Shown in pieces: positions 44,964 through 55,000 of a stretch of 64,000 nucleotides of DNA (position 1 is its first letter; every line of letters starts with the position of its first letter). Source of the stretch: Thermoplasmata archaeon. GTDB lineage: Archaea; Thermoplasmatota; Thermoplasmata; RBG-16-68-12; JAFNFQ01. The notes under the pieces were generated by a model. The model was not told the DNA's origin and searched no databases. It worked only from the letters and a program-made list of their open reading frames with translations. The stretch lies in the NCBI GenBank assembly GCA_041489255.1, contig JBGPQV010000010.1, forward strand, positions 29,125 through 93,124, read 5' to 3'. The position numbers and the translations under genes are program-made.

Positions 44964-45053
44964 ATGACGCGAGAGTGCGATATCCTCGTGATCGGGGCCG
45001 GTCTTGGCGGCTGCGTCAGGGCGATTCGCGCCGGGCGGCTCGACAAGAAGTCT
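44964..45053 (+). pseudogene. Degenerate 5' fragment of a dihydrolipoamide dehydrogenase-like gene
   Basis: MTRECDILVIGAGLGGCVRAIRAGRLDKK resembles D..VIGAGPGGYVAAIRA.QLG.K; similarity stops after ~30 codons. Confidence 0.6.
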
Positions 45054-45070
45054 GACGTGTGCTATTGCCG

Positions 45071-48000
45071 TCACTCACTTGGCGGTGGATTCTGTTGCCC
45101 GGATGGCGGGACTTCCTCATTCTCCTCCTTCGGTTTCCTTCTCTTCATCAACGCCAATAGCAGGAGCACGATCACCACCGCCACGATGACGACGACGAGC
45201 CACCAGTACTGACTCAGGAAGTCTGGCGGCGGTGCCTTGATCGTGAATTGGCCGCTCTGAGACCATCCCTTGAGCCCGCCAGAGTCTATGACCGTGATGT
45301 TGACGACGACGTCGTCCGCCTCGATGTTCGGGAGCGTCCACGCGAAAGACGTCTGTCCCTTCAGGGCCGCCACTACCTGACTCGTGACTCCTCCGGTCGT
45401 GTAATTGATGTAGATCGTGAGGTTCGCGTTGACGTCCTGATCGTCGTGCATCGTCCAGGTGATGGTCTGAGATGAGCCCTTGAGGAACTCCTCCCCGCCA
45501 ATCGGCGACGTCATCGTGACGGTCGGAGGAGTGTTCGGCGGAGCCTGGATCGTGAACTGCCCACTCTCGTCATAGCCCTTCAAACCGCCAGTGTCGACCA
45601 CCGTGCCGTTGACAACGACATCCGTGGCGGTGATTGCAGGCAGGGTCCAGGAAAAGGAGCCAACGCTGCATGAAATAGGGTCGCATATGTTGCCGCTTCC
45701 CGCACTCGAAGTGTAGTTGATCCAGACGAGGAGAGCAGACGGGGGGTCCTCGTTGTCAGAGACCGTCCATGTGACGGCATGAGCGGTGCCCTGAGTCCAC
45801 AACTCACCGCCAGAAGGTGAGGTGATCGTTATCGTCGGAGGTGTGTTTGGTGGCGCTTGGATCGTGAACTGCCCGCTGTCGTCGTAGCCCCTCAACATGC
45901 CCGTGTCGATTACCGTGGCATTCACGACAACATCGCTCGCTTCGATGCTGGGGACAATCCAATTGCATTGACCAGTTGAGCCCGCGACAGGTCCGCAGAC
46001 GATTCCGCTTCCTGCGCCAGATGTGAAGTTGATCCAGACGCGAAGGGCAGAGGATGCATCCTCGCTGTCAGCGGCTATCCAGGTGACCGCGTGCGAGGTC
46101 CCCTGATTCCATACCTCACCGCCAGAAGGAGAGGTGACTGTGATTGTCGGAGGAGTATTCGGCGATGCGGACGTGCTGAAAGTCCAGAATCCGGGGGGAG
46201 TATTGCCATATGCCGACCATGCCGAGGTCTCCCAATCGTCATGCGCCCTGACACGCCAGTAATACGTCATCGAGGGGTTCGTGGCGAATGCGGACGACAT
46301 CGTCGATGAAGTCGTTCCAGATGCGATGATTGTCGTGAAGACGTTATCCGTCGACACTTGCCACTCGAAGGTGATCACGTCACCGGTGTCCGGGTCGCCT
46401 CCTGAGGTCCATGATACTGTCTGAGCAAGGTTTGCGCCTATCACAGATGCGTCGCTAGGCGTGACCGGTGACGTGGGCGGGTTGGGTATGCTGTTCAGCC
46501 TGAATAACACCTCGGAGAAGGAACTCCAGTTGAGACCGTCGTACACCGCCACTCCGAAGAAGTAGTCCACTCCCCTCTGCAGGGCCGCACCCGCATAGGT
46601 GACCGATGTGCTCGCTCCCGTCAATTGTCCTGGATTCCACATGTTGGTCCCACCGGAGGACGTTCCCACCCTCACCCAGTACTGAGTCTGCGGGTCGCCG
46701 TCGGGGTCGCTGTATGTCCAGTTGATGTCTGGGGTGAAGTCTGTCACGTGAACTATTCCTCGCGAGGTGTTGTAGCCCTGCACTCCAAGGTTCGATGCGG
46801 CCGGAAGGCCATTGGCCGCGCTCGTGCTGAATGTCCAATACCCCGGTGGCGTGTTGCCGAAGGCTGACCAATTCGCCGGCTCGTAGTCGTCCCTCGCCCT
46901 CACCCGCCAGAAATACGTCGTGGACGGACCCGTCGCGAACGAAGCTGAAGTCGTGCCTATGCCGATTCCTTGCACAGTCGTTGACGCGAACGTCGAATCA
47001 GTCGAGACCTGCCAATCGTAGGTGATGATGTCGCTCTCGTTGTCCCCGCCCGTTGTCCAGGAGACGGTCTGAGTGGAGCTCGCTGGAACAGTCAAAGACT
47101 GGGCGGGAGTAATTGGGGTTGTGGGGGGATTGGGAATGCTGTTCATGTGGAACTTCACCTCCGACTCCGTACTCCATGAGAAACTATCGTTGACCATCAC
47201 GCCGAAGTAGTAGTCCATGCCCCTGAGGAGCGGTGCCCCGCCGTAGGTAACGACGGTGGTGGGACCTGGCGTGGCGGGCGGGTCCCACATGTCCCCGAGG
47301 CCGGGAGCGTTGCCCACCCTTAGGTCGTACCAGGCTTGGGGATCTCCGTCTGGGTCGCCGTATGTCCAGTTGAGAATTGGGGTCGGATCCGTGATGTGCG
47401 CCATGCCGGGTGTGGTAGTGAATCCCTGCACGCCCAGGTTGGAAGCATTTGGAGGGGAATAAGCCCGAACCAACTCCAATTTTACCACGAATGCTTCGGT
47501 CATCCCACTTGACGTTGTGTGGAACGCACCAGATGTGGTGGGAAAATCTGATGAACCTGTCTGTCCTGTAACATATGCGTTGCCGGAAGAGTCTATTGCA
47601 ATCGACCATCCATCGTCCTCAAAGGAACCACCGAGGTAGGTTGAGTATAGAATTGAACTTCCGCTGGAGTCGAATTTCGCTATGAATGCGTCCCAAACTC
47701 CGGGGGTCGTATCAAAGGCTCCTGGAGTGACGGGGAAATCCGCTGAACGCGTGTAACCGGTTAGGTAGGCGTCACGCGCAGAATCCAGGACCAGCGAGAA
47801 TCCGCAGTCTTCATTATCGCCACCAAAATAGGTGGAGTAGATGAGAGAACTGCCCGTGGAGTCCAACTTCGCAACGAAAGCATCGCGAGACCCATTGAGG
47901 GTCGAGTCGAATGCACCAGGGGTGACGGGGAAGTCTGACGATTGTGTATATCCGGTCAAGTAAGCGGTGCCTGGAGGATCTGTCGCGATTGAGTATGCCC

Positions 48001-49657
48001 AATCACGGTCGCCACCACCAAGGTAGGTGGAGTAGGAGAGGGAACTGCCGGTAGGATTCAACTTCGCCACGAATGCATCGTCATTCCCATGGTATGACGT
48101 GTCGAAGGCTCCGGGGGTGACGGGGAAGTCTGCTGACGATGTGCGCCCAGTCACGAAGGCGCTTCCAGCTGAGTCGATTGCCATCGAGCGCCCTCTTTGA
48201 GGGGGGGAGGCATCGTTGTTTGTTCCGCCCAAGTAAGTTGAATATAGAATAGAACTGCCTGTGGGGTCCAGCTTTATCACGAACGCATCGGTTGTCCCGT
48301 TTATAGTCGTATCGAAGGCTCCGGGGGTGACAGGGAAATCCGATGACCTTGTGGTTCCGGCCACAAAAGCGCTGCCGACGAGATCTATCGCAATTGAGAC
48401 CGCGTATTCGCTGCCCAAACCGCCAAGAAATGTGGAATAAAGGAGAGAACTGCCCGTGGGATCTAACTTCGTCACGAATACATCCCAATTTTGATGATAA
48501 GTCGTGTCGAATGCACCAGGGGTGACGGGGAAGTCTGATGATTGTGTATATCCGGTCACGTAGGCGGCGCCCGCGGAGTCTACCGCAATACCGTATCCTT
48601 CCTCATCTTGCATACCGCCGAGAAATGTGGAAAAAAGAAGAGAACTGCCCGTGGAGTCTAGCTTGGCGATGAATATGTCTTCGGGTCCATCGTAAGAAAT
48701 ATCGAAGGCGCCAGGAGTAACGGGGAAGTCAGATGACGCCGTATATCCGATTACGTAAGCATCGCCAACGAGGTCTGTCGCAATCGAGTATCCATATTCC
48801 CCATCGCTGCCGCCGATGTAGGTTGAATATAACAGGGGATCAATAACAACCCCGCGAGACTTGTCAACGCCTTCGCATGCGAAACCATAAGAACGAGGTG
48901 TGAACAGGACGAACGAGCACTGCAACTCAATCTCGCCTTGGTTTGCGATCGGAGATGAATCTCCAACATCTCCCGCGGCGGTTCGCAGGAGCAAGTTGCC
49001 ATTCGCCTCCAGTTCGACATTGGCTGCTCCCTCATAGTAGATTTCAATGACGTTCGGGTCAACTCCAGGAGCGAGGATGAAGTCGTACTTCACGCCCTCG
49101 TCGGTCGCGCGGTAAATCAAGTCGACCCCGTCGTACAACCCCTCGTATACAACCTCGCGGTAGCTCCTTATGTTCGTATGCCAGCGGGTAGGATCGTTGC
49201 CTATGAAGAAGTTCGTCGCATGAGGTAACGGGTCCCTGCCCTGCGGGGCCACCTTGTTCGCACCTTCGAAGTCGAGGCGAAGGAGCACTCCGCGCGATGA
49301 AACCGGCTCTGGCGGGGGTGAGCGCAACAGCTCCTGATCTATCAGCGTTCTGGCCGCCGGTGCAGTCGAGCGCTTCGCAATCTTGATGAGCACAGCGCTC
49401 TCGGCAAACCCTATCTGCATGTCTCCGGACGTGGTGTAGAAGCGGACGTCTTGGTTGCCAAGCTGCCCCGCGTTCTCGATGAAGTAGTCAGCTGGTATCG
49501 ACTTGAACAGGTCCTTTGAGGGGAGATTGGCGGCAGAAACCGGCTCGCCTATTCCTCTCGAGTCACCCCTGACCTCATGCGGGAGCGTGAACAGCAACAT
49601 CGCGCAGCAGGCTACCGCAAACATGCGCACCGAGAACCCTCGCTCTATCCCTCTCAT
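45071..49657 (-). CDS. Large surface protein: signal peptide, SBBP beta-propeller, Fn3/Ig-like repeats, C-terminal TM anchor
   Basis: Seven YSTYLGG...G..IA.D..G.AYVTG.T.S.DFPVTPGAFD blades; duplicated modules; three PNTPPT.T.TSP.GGE domains; TM followed by KRRK. Confidence 0.92.
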   Translation of the reverse strand: MRGIERGFSVRMFAVACCAMLLFTLPHEVRGDSRGIGEPVSAANLPSKDLFKSIPADYFIENAGQLGNQDVRFYTTSGDMQIGFAESAVLIKIAKRSTAPAARTLIDQELLRSPPPEPVSSRGVLLRLDFEGANKVAPQGRDPLPHATNFFIGNDPTRWHTNIRSYREVVYEGLYDGVDLIYRATDEGVKYDFILAPGVDPNVIEIYYEGAANVELEANGNLLLRTAAGDVGDSSPIANQGEIELQCSFVLFTPRSYGFACEGVDKSRGVVIDPLLYSTYIGGSDGEYGYSIATDLVGDAYVIGYTASSDFPVTPGAFDISYDGPEDIFIAKLDSTGSSLLFSTFLGGMQDEEGYGIAVDSAGAAYVTGYTQSSDFPVTPGAFDTTYHQNWDVFVTKLDPTGSSLLYSTFLGGLGSEYAVSIAIDLVGSAFVAGTTRSSDFPVTPGAFDTTINGTTDAFVIKLDPTGSSILYSTYLGGTNNDASPPQRGRSMAIDSAGSAFVTGRTSSADFPVTPGAFDTSYHGNDDAFVAKLNPTGSSLSYSTYLGGGDRDWAYSIATDPPGTAYLTGYTQSSDFPVTPGAFDSTLNGSRDAFVAKLDSTGSSLIYSTYFGGDNEDCGFSLVLDSARDAYLTGYTRSADFPVTPGAFDTTPGVWDAFIAKFDSSGSSILYSTYLGGSFEDDGWSIAIDSSGNAYVTGQTGSSDFPTTSGAFHTTSSGMTEAFVVKLELVRAYSPPNASNLGVQGFTTTPGMAHITDPTPILNWTYGDPDGDPQAWYDLRVGNAPGLGDMWDPPATPGPTTVVTYGGAPLLRGMDYYFGVMVNDSFSWSTESEVKFHMNSIPNPPTTPITPAQSLTVPASSTQTVSWTTGGDNESDIITYDWQVSTDSTFASTTVQGIGIGTTSASFATGPSTTYFWRVRARDDYEPANWSAFGNTPPGYWTFSTSAANGLPAASNLGVQGYNTSRGIVHVTDFTPDINWTYSDPDGDPQTQYWVRVGTSSGGTNMWNPGQLTGASTSVTYAGAALQRGVDYFFGVAVYDGLNWSSFSEVLFRLNSIPNPPTSPVTPSDASVIGANLAQTVSWTSGGDPDTGDVITFEWQVSTDNVFTTIIASGTTSSTMSSAFATNPSMTYYWRVRAHDDWETSAWSAYGNTPPGFWTFSTSASPNTPPTITVTSPSGGEVWNQGTSHAVTWIAADSEDASSALRVWINFTSGAGSGIVCGPVAGSTGQCNWIVPSIEASDVVVNATVIDTGMLRGYDDSGQFTIQAPPNTPPTITITSPSGGELWTQGTAHAVTWTVSDNEDPPSALLVWINYTSSAGSGNICDPISCSVGSFSWTLPAITATDVVVNGTVVDTGGLKGYDESGQFTIQAPPNTPPTVTMTSPIGGEEFLKGSSQTITWTMHDDQDVNANLTIYINYTTGGVTSQVVAALKGQTSFAWTLPNIEADDVVVNITVIDSGGLKGWSQSGQFTIKAPPPDFLSQYWWLVVVIVAVVIVLLLLALMKRRKPKEENEEVPPSGQQNPPPSE

Positions 49658-49891
49658 GTGACCGCCTGAGGGGGCCTATCATCCTTGGAGTTGATAAAGC
49701 CTCTGCATGGGGAGAAACGAGACCTTCTTGCCTTTCCGATTTCAGCCGCTCATGCCTCCAACAATCAGGCGCGAGGTCGTCGCTACAGCATGTCCTCACC
49801 AGCGCAGGTCAAGCTGTCCGGCTTTTGTCAATCCCCTCCTGTCTTATCCCGAAATCACTTCCCATTTAAAGATTCCTCCAGAACCATGAGT

Positions 49892-50924
49892 TGTACGGTC
49901 CCAGAATAAGTTCCTTGAAGGGAACGCAATACCCCCTATGCGAAAGCTGACGCAGGGAAAGGTCGCATGGATCATCGACGCGGTGGAGAGAGGACGTCTC
50001 CCAATCCATCGGATTGCGAAGAGGGCGGGAGTGACGCCGCGGTGGGTGCGGGAGCTGTGGCGGCGATCTGGATGCGGAAAGGTCGTACCGGAGCTGAAGG
50101 CCTCAGGACGCCCCAGGAAAGGGATCACGGAAGAGGAGCGGGCATTCCTCCTCGAGTGCGAGAGACAGTTCCGCCTGCATCCGAGGGCGCTGGAGAGGAA
50201 GATCATGCAGGTCCATGGACGCAGGGTACCGCACAACAGGATCTGGGCGGTGTTCAAGGAGGCGGGCTTGGTGACTGACGTCCCCTCCCTGCACCGGAAG
50301 AGGTCATGGGTGCGTTTCGAGCGAAGGCACTCGAACTCGCTGTGGCAGATGGACTACAGCGTGCTGAGGCCTGGGCGGTGGCTGCTCGTCATCCTGGACG
50401 ACGCTTCCCGCCTGATAGCAGGTTACGCGGAGACGGACAGCCCGACGGCTGAACTGGCGTGGGAGACGTTCCTCAAGGCGGGAGAGAGGTACGGCTTCCC
50501 CCGCCAGGTCCTGACCGACCACGGAACTCAGTTCACGAAGGAGCAGTACGACGCCGAGGGCTACTTCGACGGCAAGCTGAGGGGGCTGAGGAAGGAGAGG
50601 GGAGTGCATGTGCAGCACATCCACTCCAGGGTCAAGCATCCTCAAACCGGGGGGAAGGTCGAAAGGGTCTTCGGGACGATCAAGTCGAAACTCAGGGCGG
50701 AGTGGCCAGACGGCACGAAGCAGTTCAGGGACCTGGACGAAGTCATGCAGTGGTACAACGATGTGAAGCCTCACGAGTCGCTCGACTTCGAGCACGCGGA
50801 GACGCCTGCACAGGCGTTCGTCAGGAAGCTCCGTCCCCAAGAGAGGAAGGCGTACCTGAAGCGACACGGGCATACGGAGGGACGACAGTGACGCCTATCA
50901 GGGAAGTAATTCTAGGACTTCACA
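49892..50924 (+). mobile_element. Inner IS481-family element (intact), perfect 15-bp target duplication
   Basis: TGT...ACA ends, IRs 20/27 identical; TCCAGAACCATGAGT at 49877-91 and 50925-39. Confidence 0.92.
49938..50891 (+). CDS. IS481-family DDE transposase
   Basis: N-terminal HTH; LWQMD, LTDHGTQF, GKVER DDE triad; YN..KPHESL. Confidence 0.93.
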   Translation: MRKLTQGKVAWIIDAVERGRLPIHRIAKRAGVTPRWVRELWRRSGCGKVVPELKASGRPRKGITEEERAFLLECERQFRLHPRALERKIMQVHGRRVPHNRIWAVFKEAGLVTDVPSLHRKRSWVRFERRHSNSLWQMDYSVLRPGRWLLVILDDASRLIAGYAETDSPTAELAWETFLKAGERYGFPRQVLTDHGTQFTKEQYDAEGYFDGKLRGLRKERGVHVQHIHSRVKHPQTGGKVERVFGTIKSKLRAEWPDGTKQFRDLDEVMQWYNDVKPHESLDFEHAETPAQAFVRKLRPQERKAYLKRHGHTEGRQ

Positions 50925-51815
50925 TCCAGAACCATGAGTCGACTAACCCAATGATCCTCTCAGGCGGTAACTTCCAGTAGAAAGCGTGGAGGGGGCTGCT
51001 GCCGTCAAGGCTCGAGTGAGGCCAGGATTCGTTGTACCATTGCGCCGCAAGCTCCAGACTGTCGAGCCGTCCGGAGATGCGCTCTAGTGTCTGGAAGACT
51101 CTCTCCACCTTTCCGTTCCCCTCTGGTCTTCCGACTCTCGAGAGTATGTGCTCGACCCCCAGCTCCTCCAGGTGAACGGTGAACCTGGAGGGACCGCGGA
51201 CAACCGCGTCGTAGGGATTCGCCCAGAACACGCTCCCGTGATCGGAGAGCAGCTGGACGGGCGGACCCCACGCCGCCACCGCCGAGTCGAAGGCGTGAAT
51301 GCTCACGTCCATCGTGGGCGTGCGGTCGACCGCCACACCTGTGACGAGGCGGGACGCGTCGTCCTCGTACACGGCCACCACTCGCCCGGGGAGTGCTCGT
51401 ACCAGTCGGCGTGCCAGAGGTCCATGCTGTGAGGCCTCTCGTACCTCACGTACCGCCTCCTCTTCTGCTTCTTCGGCTCGTCCCTGGCCAGCCCTCTGGA
51501 CTTCAGTATTGCGTGGACCCGGTTATGGGGCACGTGCATGCCGTCTCTCCCAATAGCCATCTCAGTGCCGCACGCTCCCATGCCGTACATCTCGTGATAC
51601 CTCAGGACCAGGTCAACCACATCCTCCGATGGCGGTGAAGCAGGTCTGCCGGGCTTCCCCTGGACGGGGATCTCTCCCGTCTCCTTGTACCGCCTGTAGA
51701 GCTCGTTCACCCACCGTCTGCTGACCTTCTGTATCTTGGCTATCCCTGAGACAGAACTCCCCTTCTCCATCTCCCGGATTATCCACTTGATCTTCTTCTC
51801 GTTCAGTTTCGCCAT
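50920..51815 (-). pseudogene. IS481-family transposase, frameshifted (~51380) and 3'-interrupted by the inner IS
   Basis: MAKLNEKK...LWHADW in one frame, YEDDASR...SDHGS.F...GKVER in another; original end VDSWFWRNL* is recovered when the inner IS is removed. Confidence 0.88.
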
Positions 51816-52005
51816 TCTCGAACCTGATCGGGGAGATACGGGAACTGAATTCAGGATAACGCATTTGTCAATCCCTTCCGACAACTATTATATAGGGTCA
51901 GGATATACATGCCCTTTGTCTGACATCGGTCAGACAAGTCAGAAGGGAATCGATGGGACGACAGCATCAAGGCTCTCTTTCCAAATTCTCAGGCGGTGAT
52001 TTCCA

Positions 52006-55000
52006 GTGTATCTGAAAGAAGTCCACATGGAGAACTTCAAGTCTTTCGGCCACAAGATTACGGTCCCTCTACTGCAGGGTTATACCACCATCACGGGGCC
52101 TAACGGATCGGGCAAGAGCAACATCGCCGACGCGATCCTTTTCGTCCTCGGCCCGAAGAGCTCAAGGGCGATCAGGGCGGGCAAGCTCACCGACCTGATC
52201 TGGAATGGCGGGAAGGACCGCAAGGGAGCTGACTACACCGAGGTCTCCCTGGTCTTTGACAATTCCGACCGCGTCATACCGATGGAGTCTGACGAGGTCC
52301 TCCTCACGAGGCGCGTCAGCCTGTCCACCGGCGTCGAGGGCGGCTACAACTCATACTTCTACGTGAACGGCAGGAAGTCGCAGCTCCAGGAGTTCGACTC
52401 CCTCCTCGCGCACGCGCGCATATCCGCCGAGGGGTACAACATCGTGCAACAGGGCGACGTGCAGAAGATCATCTCGATGGGCAGCGTCGACAGGCGGCGG
52501 CTGCTCGACAACGTGGCGGGGTTGACGAAGTTCGACGAGGACATCGCCCAGGCGGAGACGAAGAGGACGGCGACCGAGGAGAACCTCGGGCGGATCCAGA
52601 TTATCCTTGACGAGATCAAAGGCCAGCTCGGCCAGCTGGAGAAGGACAGGACGGGGGCGCTGAAATATAAGGAGCTGAAGGAACGCCTCGACCTGGCGAA
52701 GGCGCAGATGGCCTTCAAGAACAAGGAGCTGGTCGAGGAGGAGATCAACGGGACGAAGAAGCAGCTCGCGAAGTACGAGGCGGAGAGGACGAAGCTCCAG
52801 GAACAGATCATCGCCCTTGAGGCGGAGCTGCAGAAGGCGGCGGAGGGATTGGCGGGAGCGGAGGCGAAGATCGCGGAGCGCGGCGGGGACGAGGCGAGGC
52901 AGCTCAAAGAGAAGCTTGACAACCTTCGAGTCGAGAGGGCAAGGGCCGCCGACGGGATCGAGACCAGCAAGGAAGATATCCTCCGGTTGAAGAAGGAAGC
53001 GATCGACGTCGGGCGAGACCGGGGCAGAGTCCAGAAGGAGATGGACGCGCTCACGAAGGAGAGGAAGACCGTCGCGACGCAGTTCTCCGAGGCGGAGGAG
53101 AAGCTCAAGGAAGCGGAGTCAGAGTTGAATAAGCTGGAAGGCGTCGCGTCGAAATCGGATTCCAAGGTCACCGCGATTCAGAAGGAGATAGTCACTCTCA
53201 CCAAGAAGACGGGCGAACTCGAGCAGAAGGTCCACGACCTAGTCCTCGAGTCGGACAGGCAGAAGCAAGAAGCGGAGAGGTTGGAGTCGGACATCTCGCA
53301 GCTCGAGCAGAGCAGGAAGTCGTGCGAGCTGGAGGTCCAGGATGCTGAGTTCCAGATCAAGGAGATCAAGTCCGGCACGAAGGACGCGACTAAGGGCGTC
53401 AGGAAGCTCCAGGAGGAGTTCTACGCCAAGAGGAAGGAGGAGCAGGAGCTCACGAAGCAGGCGGGAGAACTTGAGGCCGCGATCCAGACGCTGACGAGGG
53501 AGTACACAAGGCTGAAGGCAGAGAAGGACGCGGTTGAATTCGTGCAGAAGGGCTACACGAGGGCGGTCAGCGCGATCCTGGATGTGAGGGACCGCGGCGA
53601 GATCAAGGGCATACACGGCACAGTCGCCGAGCTGGCGAAGGTGGACGACAGGTACGACACCGCGATCAGCGTCGCGGCGGGCCAGAGGATGCAGGCGGTC
53701 ATCGTCGACTCCGACGCGGTGGCGGCGCAGTGCATCCAGCACCTGAGGAAGGAGAAGAGCGGGCGGGCGATCTTCCTGCCCCTCAACAAGATGCTCTCAT
53801 CGAGACCGAGGGGCAAGGCGCTCCTGGCGGTGAAGGAGTCGGTCGGCTTCGCGATTGACCTAGTCAAGTTCGATGAGAAGTACAGAGATGCATATTCCTA
53901 TGTCTTCGGCGACACGATTGTCGTTGAGACGCTCGACCAGGCGAGAAAGCTCATGGGCGGGATCAGGCTCGTGACGATCGAGGGAGACCTGGTCGAGGCG
54001 AGCGGCGCGATGGTCGGCGGGGAACTCGAGAAGAGCATCCTGCGGTTCGGCGGGCCGGAGAAGGGCCAGGTGGAGAGCGTTTCATCCAAGTTGAGGGCGG
54101 CGACCGAGGAGGCCGACAGGGTCCGGGACAGTCTCCAGGACCTGAGGCGGGAGCTGGTCGAGCTCGAGTCGCAGCTCAAGGATGTCGGGGCGAAGACCCA
54201 GACCACCGACGTGAAGGTCGACGCGCTCGAGGCGAAGAGGAAGGAGTTCGCTGTCAGGCTCAAGACGGTCGATGACGAGCTGAAGTCGAAGAGGGAGCGG
54301 CTGGAGGACGTCACCGCAACCGGAGAGCGGGTGAAGGCGGACCTCGACAAGCTGTCGAAGGAACTCAATGTTCTCAAGAAGGAGCTCGAGGAGCAGAAGA
54401 GGCTCGCGATGGAGGCGACGCCACAGCAGATCTCCTCGAAGATGAAGGAGCTGATGGCGGAGAAGGCGTCCTTCCAGGAGTCTTACACTACCCTGAAGGG
54501 CAGGGCGGACACGATCGACGCGCAACTGAGAGTGCTCACCGACAGGAAGACCGAGCTGGATGAGAGGTTCGGATCTCTCGAGTCGCAGAGGAAGGAGCAC
54601 GAGAAGCGCGTCCATAATCTCGGCGTTTCTCTCGAACAATTCGCGACGGAGCTGAGGGCTCTGGAGAAGATGGAGGCCTCGATGGGCAAGGAGATGTCCG
54701 ACCTCCAGGCGAAGCGGGACGATCTCTACCGCCAGAAGACCGGCTTCGAGGCGGAGATAGACAAGGTGAGGCACAAGATCGAGACCAAGGAGGACTTCCA
54801 CCTCGGCCTTCAAACCGAGCTCAAGGTCCAGGAGGACAAGCTCGCGGAGGCGGAGAAGGAGCTGCAGGGATTCGAGCTCAAGATGGAGGGCAAGCTCCCC
54901 TCGATGGACGACCTCAGGAAGACTGTCTCGGACACCGATACTCAGATGCTCGCGCTGGGCAACGTGAACATGAAGGCCCTCGAGGACTACGATATCCAGC

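Larger units (their letters stand above)
49840..51863 (-). mobile_element. Outer IS481-family element (disrupted), 16-bp target duplication
   Basis: IRs TGTCTTATCCCGAAATCACTTCCC / TGCGTTATCCTGAATTCAGTTCCC (19/24); flanks TTTGTCAATCCCCTCC (49824-39) and TTTGTCAATCCCTTCC (51864-79). Confidence 0.88.
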
